Below the pieces are notes generated by a model. It did not search any database and was not told where the DNA came from. It worked only from the letters and a program-made list of their open reading frames with translations. A stretch of DNA of 64,000 nt from an uncultured Candidatus Saccharibacteria bacterium (GTDB lineage: Bacteria; Patescibacteriota; Minisyncoccia; Phycocordibacterales; JABMNX01). Position 1 is the stretch's first letter, and every line of letters begins with the position of its first letter. Below, piece by piece: positions 9,285-17,215 of the stretch. The position numbers were made by a program, and so were the translations under genes. The stretch spans positions 699 through 64,698 of the forward strand of contig CAZNRH010000004.1 in assembly GCA_964575755.1 (NCBI GenBank), in the 5' to 3' direction.

Positions 9285-9537
9285 CATTGGTAAATCAAAA
9301 ACACCCCAAATAGGGGTGTTTTTGATTTACCAACCTCTCCGGCGGGAATCGAAAGACGGAGGCTGCGAAGCCAGTTTCGAGGTGCGAGAAACTGTAGCCG
9401 AGTCCAGACGAAAAGCACTTAGTAAAATTGAGTCTTAAAGACGAAGAATTTTACTTAGTGACTGGTCGTCGATTCCTGAGATAAGTTTAAAGAGACATTG
9501 GTAAACAAAAATACCCTGAACGGGGTATTTTTGATTT
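9280..9537. repeat. Structured tRNA-trailer element with direct repeats and an inverted copy of the tRNA 3' end
   Basis: AGAGACATTGGTAAA plus hairpin at 9280 and 9491; 9335-9353 is the reverse complement of 9265-9283 with one mismatch. Confidence 0.7.
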
Positions 9538-9540
9538 TTG

Positions 9541-9614
9541 TGGGCGATACAGGACTCGAACCTGTGACCTACCCGGTGTAAACGGGTTGCTCTAGCCAAC
9601 TGAGCTAATCGCCC
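9541..9614 (-). tRNA. tRNA-Val(TAC)
   Basis: GGGCGAT/ATCGCCC acceptor, ACCCG-ttTACac-CGGGT anticodon arm, GGTTCGAGTCC T-loop. Confidence 0.95.
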
Positions 9615-9658
9615 CTATTAATATTCTACGGCAATATTATACTCTTCGGATATAGACT

Positions 9659-9737
9659 AACCCGTTTACACAAAGGTGTAAACGGAGAAACTATGCTTTG
9701 GCATACTTTCTCCTCCATCCAACTGAGCTAATCGCCC
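9659..9737 (-). pseudogene. 5'-half copy of tRNA-Val(TAC) ending in an anticodon-pairing hairpin
   Basis: 9719-9737 is identical to 9596-9614; anticodon arm fragment at 9675-9685 and its complement at 9659-9671. Confidence 0.75.
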
Positions 9738-9820
9738 TTAATGTAAGATTATAGTACGTTATTTCTTTAAAATGTTCAAATACTTTTCTTTAATCACTTA
9801 AGACTATACACTATATATCT

Positions 9821-10093
9821 ATGTATGAAATCAAAGCTAATATAACTGGTAATGTTCAGATGGTTATGTTTCGTGACTATGTGAAGCGTAGTGCGATAAA
9901 ATTTGACCTTAGTGGTACAGTTAAGAATCTAGGAGATGGCTCTGTGGAGGTGATTGCTCAAGGTAATAAAGATGACTTAAAAAAGTTAGTAAAGCTTCTC
10001 CATAAAGGCCCTATGCTAGCTAGTGTTATACGTGTTCATGTAGAGTGGAGGAAACCTGTCGAGGACTTTGATAGTTTTATCATTGTGTATTAA
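9821..10093 (+). CDS. acyP: Acylphosphatase
   Basis: GNVQMVMFR, G.VKN..DGSVEV.AQG and GP..A.V motifs. Confidence 0.9.
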   Translation: MYEIKANITGNVQMVMFRDYVKRSAIKFDLSGTVKNLGDGSVEVIAQGNKDDLKKLVKLLHKGPMLASVIRVHVEWRKPVEDFDSFIIVY

Positions 10094-10121
10094 TATTTCT
10101 ACACAACACGTAATTTATTCT

Positions 10122-10811
10122 ATGGAAGAAAACACACAGACACCAAAATGCATTAGCATGATTATGGATGGAAATAGACGATGGGCAAAAGAAAGAGGAC
10201 TTTTCCCTGTTGAGGGTCATGCCAAAGGATATGAGAAACTAAAAGAAGTTATTGAGTGGACGTACGAAGCTGGTGTACCTAACCTTATTGTGTACGCATT
10301 TTCAACTGAAAATTGGAATAGGGCAAAAGAAGAAGTTTCATATCTCATGACCTTAATCCGTAAAGTGCTTGTTGAGCAATCTGAAGAATTTAATAAAAAA
10401 GGTAACAGAATTGTTTTTGCTGGCGACATAGAACGTTTTCCAAAAGATATACAAAAACTTATACATGAGTCAGAAGAAAAAACCAAAAATAATACTGGAA
10501 ATACTTTAGTGCTTTGTATTTCCTATAGTGGACGAACAGAGATACTGCACGCTGTAAATAATTTATTGAAAGGAGAAAAAACTTCTGTAAATGAAGAGGA
10601 ATTCTCACAAGCGCTTTGGATAAAGGATGTACCAGATCCGGACATTATTATTAGGACTGGTGGGGAAAAAAGACTTTCAGGCTTTTTAACATGGCAATCT
10701 GTATATAGTGAACTCTTTTTTCCAAAGACATTTTGGCCTGCATTTTCAAAAGAAGAATTTTTGGAGATTCTTAGAGAGTTTTCTTTTAGAGATAGACGTC
10801 GAGGAAAGTAA
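10122..10811 (+). CDS. uppS: Undecaprenyl diphosphate synthase
   Basis: IMDGNRRWA, YAFSTENWNR and DIIIRTGGEKRLSGFL.WQ..YSE motifs. Confidence 0.96.
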   Translation: MEENTQTPKCISMIMDGNRRWAKERGLFPVEGHAKGYEKLKEVIEWTYEAGVPNLIVYAFSTENWNRAKEEVSYLMTLIRKVLVEQSEEFNKKGNRIVFAGDIERFPKDIQKLIHESEEKTKNNTGNTLVLCISYSGRTEILHAVNNLLKGEKTSVNEEEFSQALWIKDVPDPDIIIRTGGEKRLSGFLTWQSVYSELFFPKTFWPAFSKEEFLEILREFSFRDRRRGK

Positions 10812-10821
10812 AATTTGTAAT

Positions 10822-11547
10822 ATGAATATTTCAATAATTTACGAAGATGATTCTGTGACTGTGGTTAATAAGCCTGCTGGTCTTATTGTGCATGGTGATG
10901 GAAAGACAAAAGAGGACACCCTGGTTGATTGGATTCTTGATAAATATCCAGACATGAAAGGAGTAGGAGAGCCACTCGTGCTCACTTCAGGAGAAATAAT
11001 TGATCGACCTGGAATTGTTCATCGTATAGACAGAGACACTTCAGGAGTGCTTGTGTTGGCCAAAACACAAGAAAGTTTTTATTTCCTTAAGGAACAGTTT
11101 AAAAATCGTTCGGTAAAAAAAGAGTACAGAGCTTTTGTATACGGATGTGTTAAAAAAGATAAAGACATTATAGATAGAGAAATTGGCAGAAGTACTAAAG
11201 ATTTTAGATTGTGGTCGGCACAAAGAGGGGCTCGGGGTAAACTGCGTGAAGCTGTAACCGAGTATAGTGTTTTAGAGAGGAGTAAGGAGTTCAGCTACCT
11301 CTCGGTCTTCCTTAAGACAGGAAGGACGCACCAGATTCGCGTGCACTTTAAAGCTATTAATCATCCTGTGATTAGTGATAGGCTCTATGCCCCTAAGCGG
11401 GAACAGGCACTGGGTTTTAATAGACTGGCACTCCATGCGTTTCGTATTGAGCTAGAAATACCGAATATTGGAAGGAAATCCTTCGAGGCTCCGTTACCTA
11501 AAGATTTTAATACTGCCGTAGAGTCTTTGTCAAAGATGGTGGTATAA
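10822..11547 (+). CDS. RluA/RluD family pseudouridine synthase (no S4 domain)
   Basis: VNKPAGL.VH, HRIDRDTSG, TGRTHQIRVH and ALHA motifs. Confidence 0.93.
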   Translation: MNISIIYEDDSVTVVNKPAGLIVHGDGKTKEDTLVDWILDKYPDMKGVGEPLVLTSGEIIDRPGIVHRIDRDTSGVLVLAKTQESFYFLKEQFKNRSVKKEYRAFVYGCVKKDKDIIDREIGRSTKDFRLWSAQRGARGKLREAVTEYSVLERSKEFSYLSVFLKTGRTHQIRVHFKAINHPVISDRLYAPKREQALGFNRLALHAFRIELEIPNIGRKSFEAPLPKDFNTAVESLSKMVV

Positions 11548-11599
11548 TATTGCAGATAGGTACCCCTTGTGGTACAGTACTCCTTACTATAAAGCGGTT

Positions 11600-12334
11600 A
11601 TGAATCAATTAGTAAATCAAAAAGGGATAGAAATTTCTCCAGTAAACATGGAAAGTCGAAGGGACGTAGGAATACGTGCTGGAGACACTGTTCGTGTATG
11701 GCAGAAGATTACTGAAAAGGGTAAAACGCGACTTCAGGCTTTTGAGGGTCTAGTTATTGCGCGTAAACATGGAAATGAAGCTGGAGCCACATTTACCGTA
11801 CGTAGAGTATCAGGAGGAGTTGGTGTTGAAAAGATTTATCCACTTTATTCTCCAATGATAGATAAAATTGAGATTATAAAACGATCAAAAGTTCGACGAT
11901 CAAAGCTATATCATATTCGCGAAAAGGTTGCTCGAGAGATCAAACGTCAAATGCGAAAGATGAAGATGGTAGATATTGCAACAAACTCAGGTATTCAAGA
12001 TGAGGCAAAAGCCGAGGCGGATACTAAAGCTGTTGAAGAGGCGGACGTAAAGAAGCAAGAAGAAGCCAATGTGGAGGAAGAAGCAAAGAAACAGGAAACC
12101 GAAGACTCGGAAACATCTACAAAAGACAAAAAGGAAGAAACAGAAGACGATTCTGGTGTTTCACAAGACTTCATGTCCACAAACCAAGCAAAAATCGCGT
12201 CCGGAGACGTTGCACAAGAAACTGTAAAATTGGATACTTCTGAAGAAACTCCAAGAGAAGATAGTGCTGAAGTAGTGTCTGAAAAAACAGAAGAGGTTCC
12301 AGAAAAAAAGGGCGAGGAGGAAGATAAAAAATAG
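11600..12334 (+). CDS. rplS: 50S ribosomal protein L19 with a long acidic C-terminal extension
   Basis: GDTVRV..KI.E..K.RLQAFEG.VI, TFTVRR.S.GVGVE and KVRRSKLY motifs; about 120-aa E/D/K-rich tail. Confidence 0.95.
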   Translation: MNQLVNQKGIEISPVNMESRRDVGIRAGDTVRVWQKITEKGKTRLQAFEGLVIARKHGNEAGATFTVRRVSGGVGVEKIYPLYSPMIDKIEIIKRSKVRRSKLYHIREKVAREIKRQMRKMKMVDIATNSGIQDEAKAEADTKAVEEADVKKQEEANVEEEAKKQETEDSETSTKDKKEETEDDSGVSQDFMSTNQAKIASGDVAQETVKLDTSEETPREDSAEVVSEKTEEVPEKKGEEEDKK

Positions 12335-12403
12335 TAAGTACTAAAACCTAACAACGTTAGGTTTTAACTCTGGGTTAATTGGTAGACATGGTATAATAGA
12401 GGA

Positions 12404-13069
12404 GTGAATAAACGAGGTCCAAAACCTAAAGAGATAGTTGATACTACATGGTCTCCAAATCTTTCGTATGCTGTTGGATTGCTTGCGAGTGATGGGTGTT
12501 TGTCATGTGATGGACGACACATTGACTTTACCTCAAAGGACAAAGAACAAATTCTAAATTTCCGAAACATACTTAAGTTACATCATATTAAGATTGGTAA
12601 GAAAAGAAACAAGATGGGGAATGAGGCGTATCGCATTCAGTTTGGTAGTATTTTATTTTATCGATGGTTAAATGATATTGGTTTGACTTCAAATAAATCA
12701 AAAACAATTGGTAAATTAAATATTCCGGAAGAGCTCTTTTTTGATTTTTTCCGTGGTGTTTGGGATGGGGACGGTACAATATATGCATATTGGGATCCAA
12801 GATGGAAAAGTAGTTACATGTTTTACATTGGAATAGCATCCGCGAGTAAACCTTTTTTACAATGGTTACAAGATATAATTAGCAAACAGTCGGATGTGTG
12901 TGGGAAAATAACTCTTCATAAGACTTCTGGTACATTTCAATTACGTTTTGCAAAAAAAGAATCAAGAGTGGTTTTTAAAAGGATGTTCTATAAAAATAAT
13001 CTCCCATGTCTTCCTCGGAAGTTTGCAAAAGCACAAAAAATCTTTAAAATAGATGAGGATCATACATAA
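12404..13069 (+). CDS. Free-standing double-motif LAGLIDADG homing endonuclease
   Basis: YAVGLLASDG and FFRGVWDGDG motifs; stop codon 2 nt before tRNA-Leu. Confidence 0.87.
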   Translation: MNKRGPKPKEIVDTTWSPNLSYAVGLLASDGCLSCDGRHIDFTSKDKEQILNFRNILKLHHIKIGKKRNKMGNEAYRIQFGSILFYRWLNDIGLTSNKSKTIGKLNIPEELFFDFFRGVWDGDGTIYAYWDPRWKSSYMFYIGIASASKPFLQWLQDIISKQSDVCGKITLHKTSGTFQLRFAKKESRVVFKRMFYKNNLPCLPRKFAKAQKIFKIDEDHT

Positions 13070-13071
13070 AT

Positions 13072-13153
13072 GCCCAGGTGGTGGAAGTGGTATACACGCA
13101 CGGTTGAGGGCCGTGGCTCCTAGAGCATGCTGGTTCGAGTCCAGTCCTGGGCA
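13072..13153 (+). tRNA. tRNA-Leu(GAG)
   Basis: GCCCAGG/CCTGGGC acceptor, CACGG-ttGAGgg-CCGTG anticodon arm, variable arm, GGTTCGAGTCC T-loop. Confidence 0.95.
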
Positions 13154-13362
13154 CAACACGTCAAAAATCGAGAACTGCTTCTCGGTTTTTCTCGTGTTGT
13201 GAAGCGGAGCGATGTAACGATTTTTCTTTTTCCTTAAAAATTGTTACCGCGAGCTAGGGCAGGAGGTTCTTAGTGAACGCAGTGAACTTAGAAACCTGCG
13301 CCAAAAACGTAAAAAACGAGATAAGTTTCTCGTTTTTTACGTTTTTGTGAGACGGAGCGATA
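13153..13362. repeat. Multi-hairpin tRNA-trailer element (CGGAGCGA motif twice)
   Basis: Four consecutive inverted repeats; AGC-GGA-GCG...CGC-GA-GCT stem has the same architecture as 9355-9404. Confidence 0.55.
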
Positions 13363-13471
13363 AAAGATTATCAACTCGACTTTATAACTATAAATCTGGT
13401 ATAGTCTTGGTGTTCCTGAGTTATAAATAAACACAATATCATATTGGTAGTTTGTTTATAACTCGGGACGT

Positions 13472-13548
13472 GGTGGTCGTAGCTCAGCTGGTAGAGCACT
13501 CGGTTGTGGTCCGAGATGTCACGGGTTCAAATCCCGTCGATCACCCCA
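13472..13548 (+). tRNA. tRNA-His(GTG) with G-1 and encoded CCA
   Basis: G-GTGGTCG/CGATCAC-C-CCA acceptor, CTCGG-ttGTGgt-CCGAG anticodon arm. Confidence 0.95.
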
Positions 13549-13564
13549 AAATAACAAAAAAAAT

Positions 13565-13618
13565 GGTAGCCATAGTGTAACAGTTAGCACTTGGGTTTGT
13601 GTCTATACCACAAGCCTA
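13565..13618 (+). pseudogene. 5'-half of a divergent tRNA-His(GTG), broken immediately after the anticodon
   Basis: G-GTAGCCA-TA-GTGT/GCAC D-arm-T-TGGGT-TT-GTG, then CACAAGCCTA complementary to the anticodon arm; no 3' half found. Confidence 0.65.
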
Positions 13619-13657
13619 GTTCTTTACCAGATATGTGTAAAGTGAGATAATATACAT

Positions 13658-14131
13658 ATGCCTCTTATTAAACGATGTAAAATTTGTGATAAGGTTTTTC
13701 AAACAAAACCTTTTTTTGTAAACAATGGTGGTGGGAAATATTGTTCAGTAGTATGTCATCACAGGGGTTTACGAAAAGGAAAAGTTGTCAAATGCAATTC
13801 TTGTGATAAAGAAGTTTATAAGTCATTAAAAGCGCTTAAAAATTCAAAAAGTAAAAAATACTTTTGTAGCAAATCTTGTCAAACTAAATGGCGTAATTCT
13901 GAATTCATTGGTTCCAAGCATGCTAATTGGCAACACGGAAAATACTCATACAGGAGTGTATTAGCGAGAAATGGAATTACAAAGATTTGTAATTCATGCA
14001 AAATAAAAGATAGGAGAGTTCTTGCTGTTCATCATATAGACAAAAATAAGTTAAATAATGATGTAGAAAACCTCATGTGGCTATGTCATAATTGTCATTT
14101 CTTAGTACATCATTACAAAGATAAAAAATAA
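13658..14131 (+). CDS. HNH endonuclease with N-terminal zinc-finger repeats
   Basis: CKIC, YCSVVC, CNSC, FCSKSC and LAVHHIDKNKLNN..NL.WLC.NCH motifs. Confidence 0.85.
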   Translation: MPLIKRCKICDKVFQTKPFFVNNGGGKYCSVVCHHRGLRKGKVVKCNSCDKEVYKSLKALKNSKSKKYFCSKSCQTKWRNSEFIGSKHANWQHGKYSYRSVLARNGITKICNSCKIKDRRVLAVHHIDKNKLNNDVENLMWLCHNCHFLVHHYKDKK

Positions 14132-14327
14132 ATAATGACTGTGACAGATTCCTTGCAGTCGCTGTACACCGTGCCAGATATTTTCTATAAAAATATCTGG
14201 CACGGTCTTGCGAAAGCCCCATGTATTCGCTTTCTCACTCTCTATGTATCCAGATTTCTATACATATTCTATAAGGGTCTCTCAAGTATTTTTATGAATA
14301 TCAGAACTCTTTGGTATACTTACCTTT

Positions 14328-14861
14328 ATGAAGAGACCTATACTTTTAGGCACATTTGGACATCCAGGTTCTGGTAAGACTTATTTTTCTGAGAGACTAG
14401 CAAAGAAAGAAAAGCTCTTTCATCTATCTGCTGATAGAATTAGATTGAAGATGTTTAAAAATCCAAAGTATACGCTCGAAGAACACAAAATAGTTTTTGC
14501 ATTTATGAATTATCTTGCAGAAGAATTTTTAAAGCATGGCGTTAGTGTTATCTATGATGCAAACTTTAATCTACGAAAACATCGTCAGAAATTAAACAGT
14601 TTGGCTAAAAAAGCTAATGCAGAATATAAATTAGTCTGGGTGAAAACAAGTGACGAAAAAGCGATGTCTCGAATAAAGAAGAGAAGTAAACTTAAAAATA
14701 CAAAAAAGAAAGAGCTGTATCGCCCTATTGATCTAAAGGTTTTTAAATTATTAAAAGAAGAAATGCAGAATCCAACTGTAAAAGAGAAAGTTATTGAAAT
14801 TAATGGTGGTATTTCGTTTTCTAAGCAGTTTGAAAGTTACAAGAAGCAGTTGAGGTTCTAA
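14328..14861 (+). CDS. P-loop kinase (AAA_33-like nucleotide/polynucleotide kinase fold)
   Basis: Walker A GHPGSGKT, D.IR, VIYDANF and R...R lid. Confidence 0.8.
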   Translation: MKRPILLGTFGHPGSGKTYFSERLAKKEKLFHLSADRIRLKMFKNPKYTLEEHKIVFAFMNYLAEEFLKHGVSVIYDANFNLRKHRQKLNSLAKKANAEYKLVWVKTSDEKAMSRIKKRSKLKNTKKKELYRPIDLKVFKLLKEEMQNPTVKEKVIEINGGISFSKQFESYKKQLRF

Positions 14862-14955
14862 TGACTTTCCAATAAAGGACCCAAGAATAATAGAATTTAT
14901 TAATGGATATAACAGTCTTTTGTTATAATTTATCTATATCTTAAATAATTAAAAA

Positions 14956-15390
14956 ATGGAAAACAAAAAAATTAAAGGATTTACTTGTGGGGCATTTGAT
15001 TTATGTCATGTAGGCCACGTATTGATGCTTAAGGAATGTAAACTACATTGCAACTATTTGATTGTAGGATTACAAACAGATCCAAATATAGATAGACAAG
15101 AAAAAAATAAACCAGTTCAAAGTATAGAAGAGCGTCACATAATGCTTGAAGGGATTAAATACATAGATCAAGTGTTTGTGTATACGACCGAAGCCGAGCT
15201 GTATAGTTTTCTGAAGGAAAATTCTATGAATATAGAGGTTCGTATTATAGGTGCAGACTGGGAAGGAAAGAAGTACACAGGTTGTGATTTACCCATACAA
15301 GTGGTGTTTAATAGTCGTGACCATGGTTATTCAACAAGTGTATTAAGAGAAAAGGTGTGTAAACAAGAGAGATTAAAAGATATTAAATAA
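14956..15390 (+). CDS. Cytidylyltransferase (TagD/glycerol-3-phosphate cytidylyltransferase-like)
   Basis: GAFDLCHVGH, LIVGLQTD, G.DW and R.HGYSTS motifs. Confidence 0.85.
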   Translation: MENKKIKGFTCGAFDLCHVGHVLMLKECKLHCNYLIVGLQTDPNIDRQEKNKPVQSIEERHIMLEGIKYIDQVFVYTTEAELYSFLKENSMNIEVRIIGADWEGKKYTGCDLPIQVVFNSRDHGYSTSVLREKVCKQERLKDIK

Positions 15391-15443
15391 AAAAATAGAC
15401 GCAGGGTGTTACCTGCGCCGTTGTTTTTTTGATGACATGAAAA

Positions 15444-15908
15444 TTAGATTAATTTCCATGCACCAGATGGTTGTCGACACGCTCTGCCGTAAGCTCTTTC
15501 GGTATGCCCATCGACAATGATGTCCTGCTGAAACTCACGACAATCTGTATCCCCAGATTTATAAGTCCGCGTTGGTGTGTATGAACCCGAATTGCCAGAA
15601 TCGGGATTTTTCCAAGAAGACATTTGTCCTATTTGGTTGTACTCAAGAGTACTCTGCGCTGTTTGCTGAGCTTTCTTGCGGTCGTCTTCGTCCATTAACT
15701 TACCGATCTCACCACCAAGCCATCCACCACCGAGTGTGCCAATTCCGACAGCAATAAGTTTACCAGTACCCTTGCCAAATTGTGACCCAACAACTCCTCC
15801 AGCGACGGCACCAAGAAGTGTGCCATAGTCCTGTTTGTTGGCACATCCAGACACGATGACTGAGATGATTACTGCAAACGTGGTCATGAGTAATTTATGT
15901 AATCTCAT
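15444..15908 (-). CDS. Glycine-zipper lipoprotein, Rickettsia 17-kDa surface antigen (RT0821/Lpp0805)-like
   Basis: Lipobox VSGC, glycine zipper, WKNPDSGNSG, CREFQQ.I..G.ACRQPSG.W; GGAGG 5-6 nt before ATG 15908. Confidence 0.85.
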   Translation of the reverse strand: MRLHKLLMTTFAVIISVIVSGCANKQDYGTLLGAVAGGVVGSQFGKGTGKLIAVGIGTLGGGWLGGEIGKLMDEDDRKKAQQTAQSTLEYNQIGQMSSWKNPDSGNSGSYTPTRTYKSGDTDCREFQQDIIVDGHTERAYGRACRQPSGAWKLI

Positions 15909-16077
15909 GATTACCTCCATAGTTAAAGTGATAGGAATCGAGCAAATCAAAGTCTTGCGGTACGTATTCTAATTCTTATATTGCCATATATTTAGTCTGT
16001 GTCAAGAGTTCTGCATATATCTATATTTTTACCATTCAGTTAATAAAAAGTTAATGTGGTTCTTGTATAATGTGTAT

Positions 16078-16233
16078 ATGGTAAAAAAACTTCAAGAAAA
16101 AAACGAGGTGTTATATCAATGTGAGGAGTGTGACTTTAAATACAGAGATAAAGACACTGCTCAAAAATGTGAGGCATGGTGTCACGAATATCAAAGCTGT
16201 AATCTAGATATAACTAAGGACGCGGTATCATAG
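16078..16233 (+). CDS. Small Cys-rich putative zinc-binding protein (51 aa; absent from the ORF track)
   Basis: MVKKLQEKNEVLYQCEECDFKYRDKDTAQKCEAWCHEYQSCNLDITKDAVS; TATAAT 6 nt upstream. Confidence 0.75.
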   Translation: MVKKLQEKNEVLYQCEECDFKYRDKDTAQKCEAWCHEYQSCNLDITKDAVS

Positions 16234-16255
16234 GTGGAATAAATTCGAGTACATA

Positions 16256-17005
16256 TCAAACTAGTGTAAGTGCAAACATTAGCCCTACTCCAATAAATAT
16301 TGCAAACAACTGAATGGTTGATTTTCTAATGTCTAAAGTCTTATGTAATTCTGGCACAAGATCTGATCCAGCAATGTATAAGAACGAACCTGCAGCTATT
16401 GCAACAAGTGCTGGAGTTATATCACCACTTAAGTCTCCGAGGAAAAGTGCAAATAGAGCGCCAAGTACTGATACTAAAGCTGACAAGAAATTAACAAATA
16501 GCGCACGAGCGCGTGTGTATCCTGAGTGTATAAGTATTGCGAAGTCACCTATTTCTTGTGGGATTTCGTGCAATATAATTGCAAATGTTGTTGCTATGCC
16601 CACTTCGACACTTACAAGGTATGCGGCTCCAATAATTGCTCCGTCGAGAAAATTGTGAACTGCGTCAGAAAAAAGAATAATACTACCAAGTGAGCGCGCT
16701 TTATCGCAACCTTGGTCATGAGTGCCGTGGCAGTGGTGCCAGTGTAAAAGTTTTTCTAGTATAAAGAAAATAAAGATACCAACGATTATAAAGAGCGCTG
16801 CCGTGGTTGTATTTTCAAATAATTCAAAGGCTTCTGGTATAAGGTGGATTATTGCGTCCCCGAAAAGTGCTCCAACAGCGAGACTTACAAGAAAAAAGAT
16901 TGAGCGATTGAGGACCTTTTTATTAATTGAAAGTGTAAAAACGCCAATGAGTGAGATAGCACTTACGACGAGTACGCTTATTAATGTGTATGCAAGTATA
17001 GACAT
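16256..17005 (-). CDS. ZIP family metal (zinc) transporter
   Basis: HLIPEA, His-rich loop WHHCHGTH, DAVHNFLDG, HEIPQEIGD and DLVPEL motifs. Confidence 0.93.
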   Translation of the reverse strand: MSILAYTLISVLVVSAISLIGVFTLSINKKVLNRSIFFLVSLAVGALFGDAIIHLIPEAFELFENTTTAALFIIVGIFIFFILEKLLHWHHCHGTHDQGCDKARSLGSIILFSDAVHNFLDGAIIGAAYLVSVEVGIATTFAIILHEIPQEIGDFAILIHSGYTRARALFVNFLSALVSVLGALFALFLGDLSGDITPALVAIAAGSFLYIAGSDLVPELHKTLDIRKSTIQLFAIFIGVGLMFALTLV

Positions 17006-17215
17006 GGAAACATTGTATCATTTACGCATGAACTCCGTGGTGATTATGCAGTGGTACTGGTGGTAATCGGATACGCTTTTTGGTATAAATAAAGTAGCAA
17101 GAGTCTATTTTTTCTAATCCTCCCTGGGAAACTTGGCAGGTGGGGCGCAATTTTCATTGCCCCACCTGCTTTTTTTTGTATAATTATCACTATATTAAGT
17201 AATATCAAGAACACT

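Noticed and set aside
9224-9418. Short ORFs overlapping tRNAs (also 12962-13159)
   Set aside because: Antisense readings of tRNA genes and their trailers.
13565-14330. Intact group I intron in tRNA-His carrying the HNH gene
   Set aside because: No 3' exon and no recognisable catalytic core; the space around the ORF is too short.
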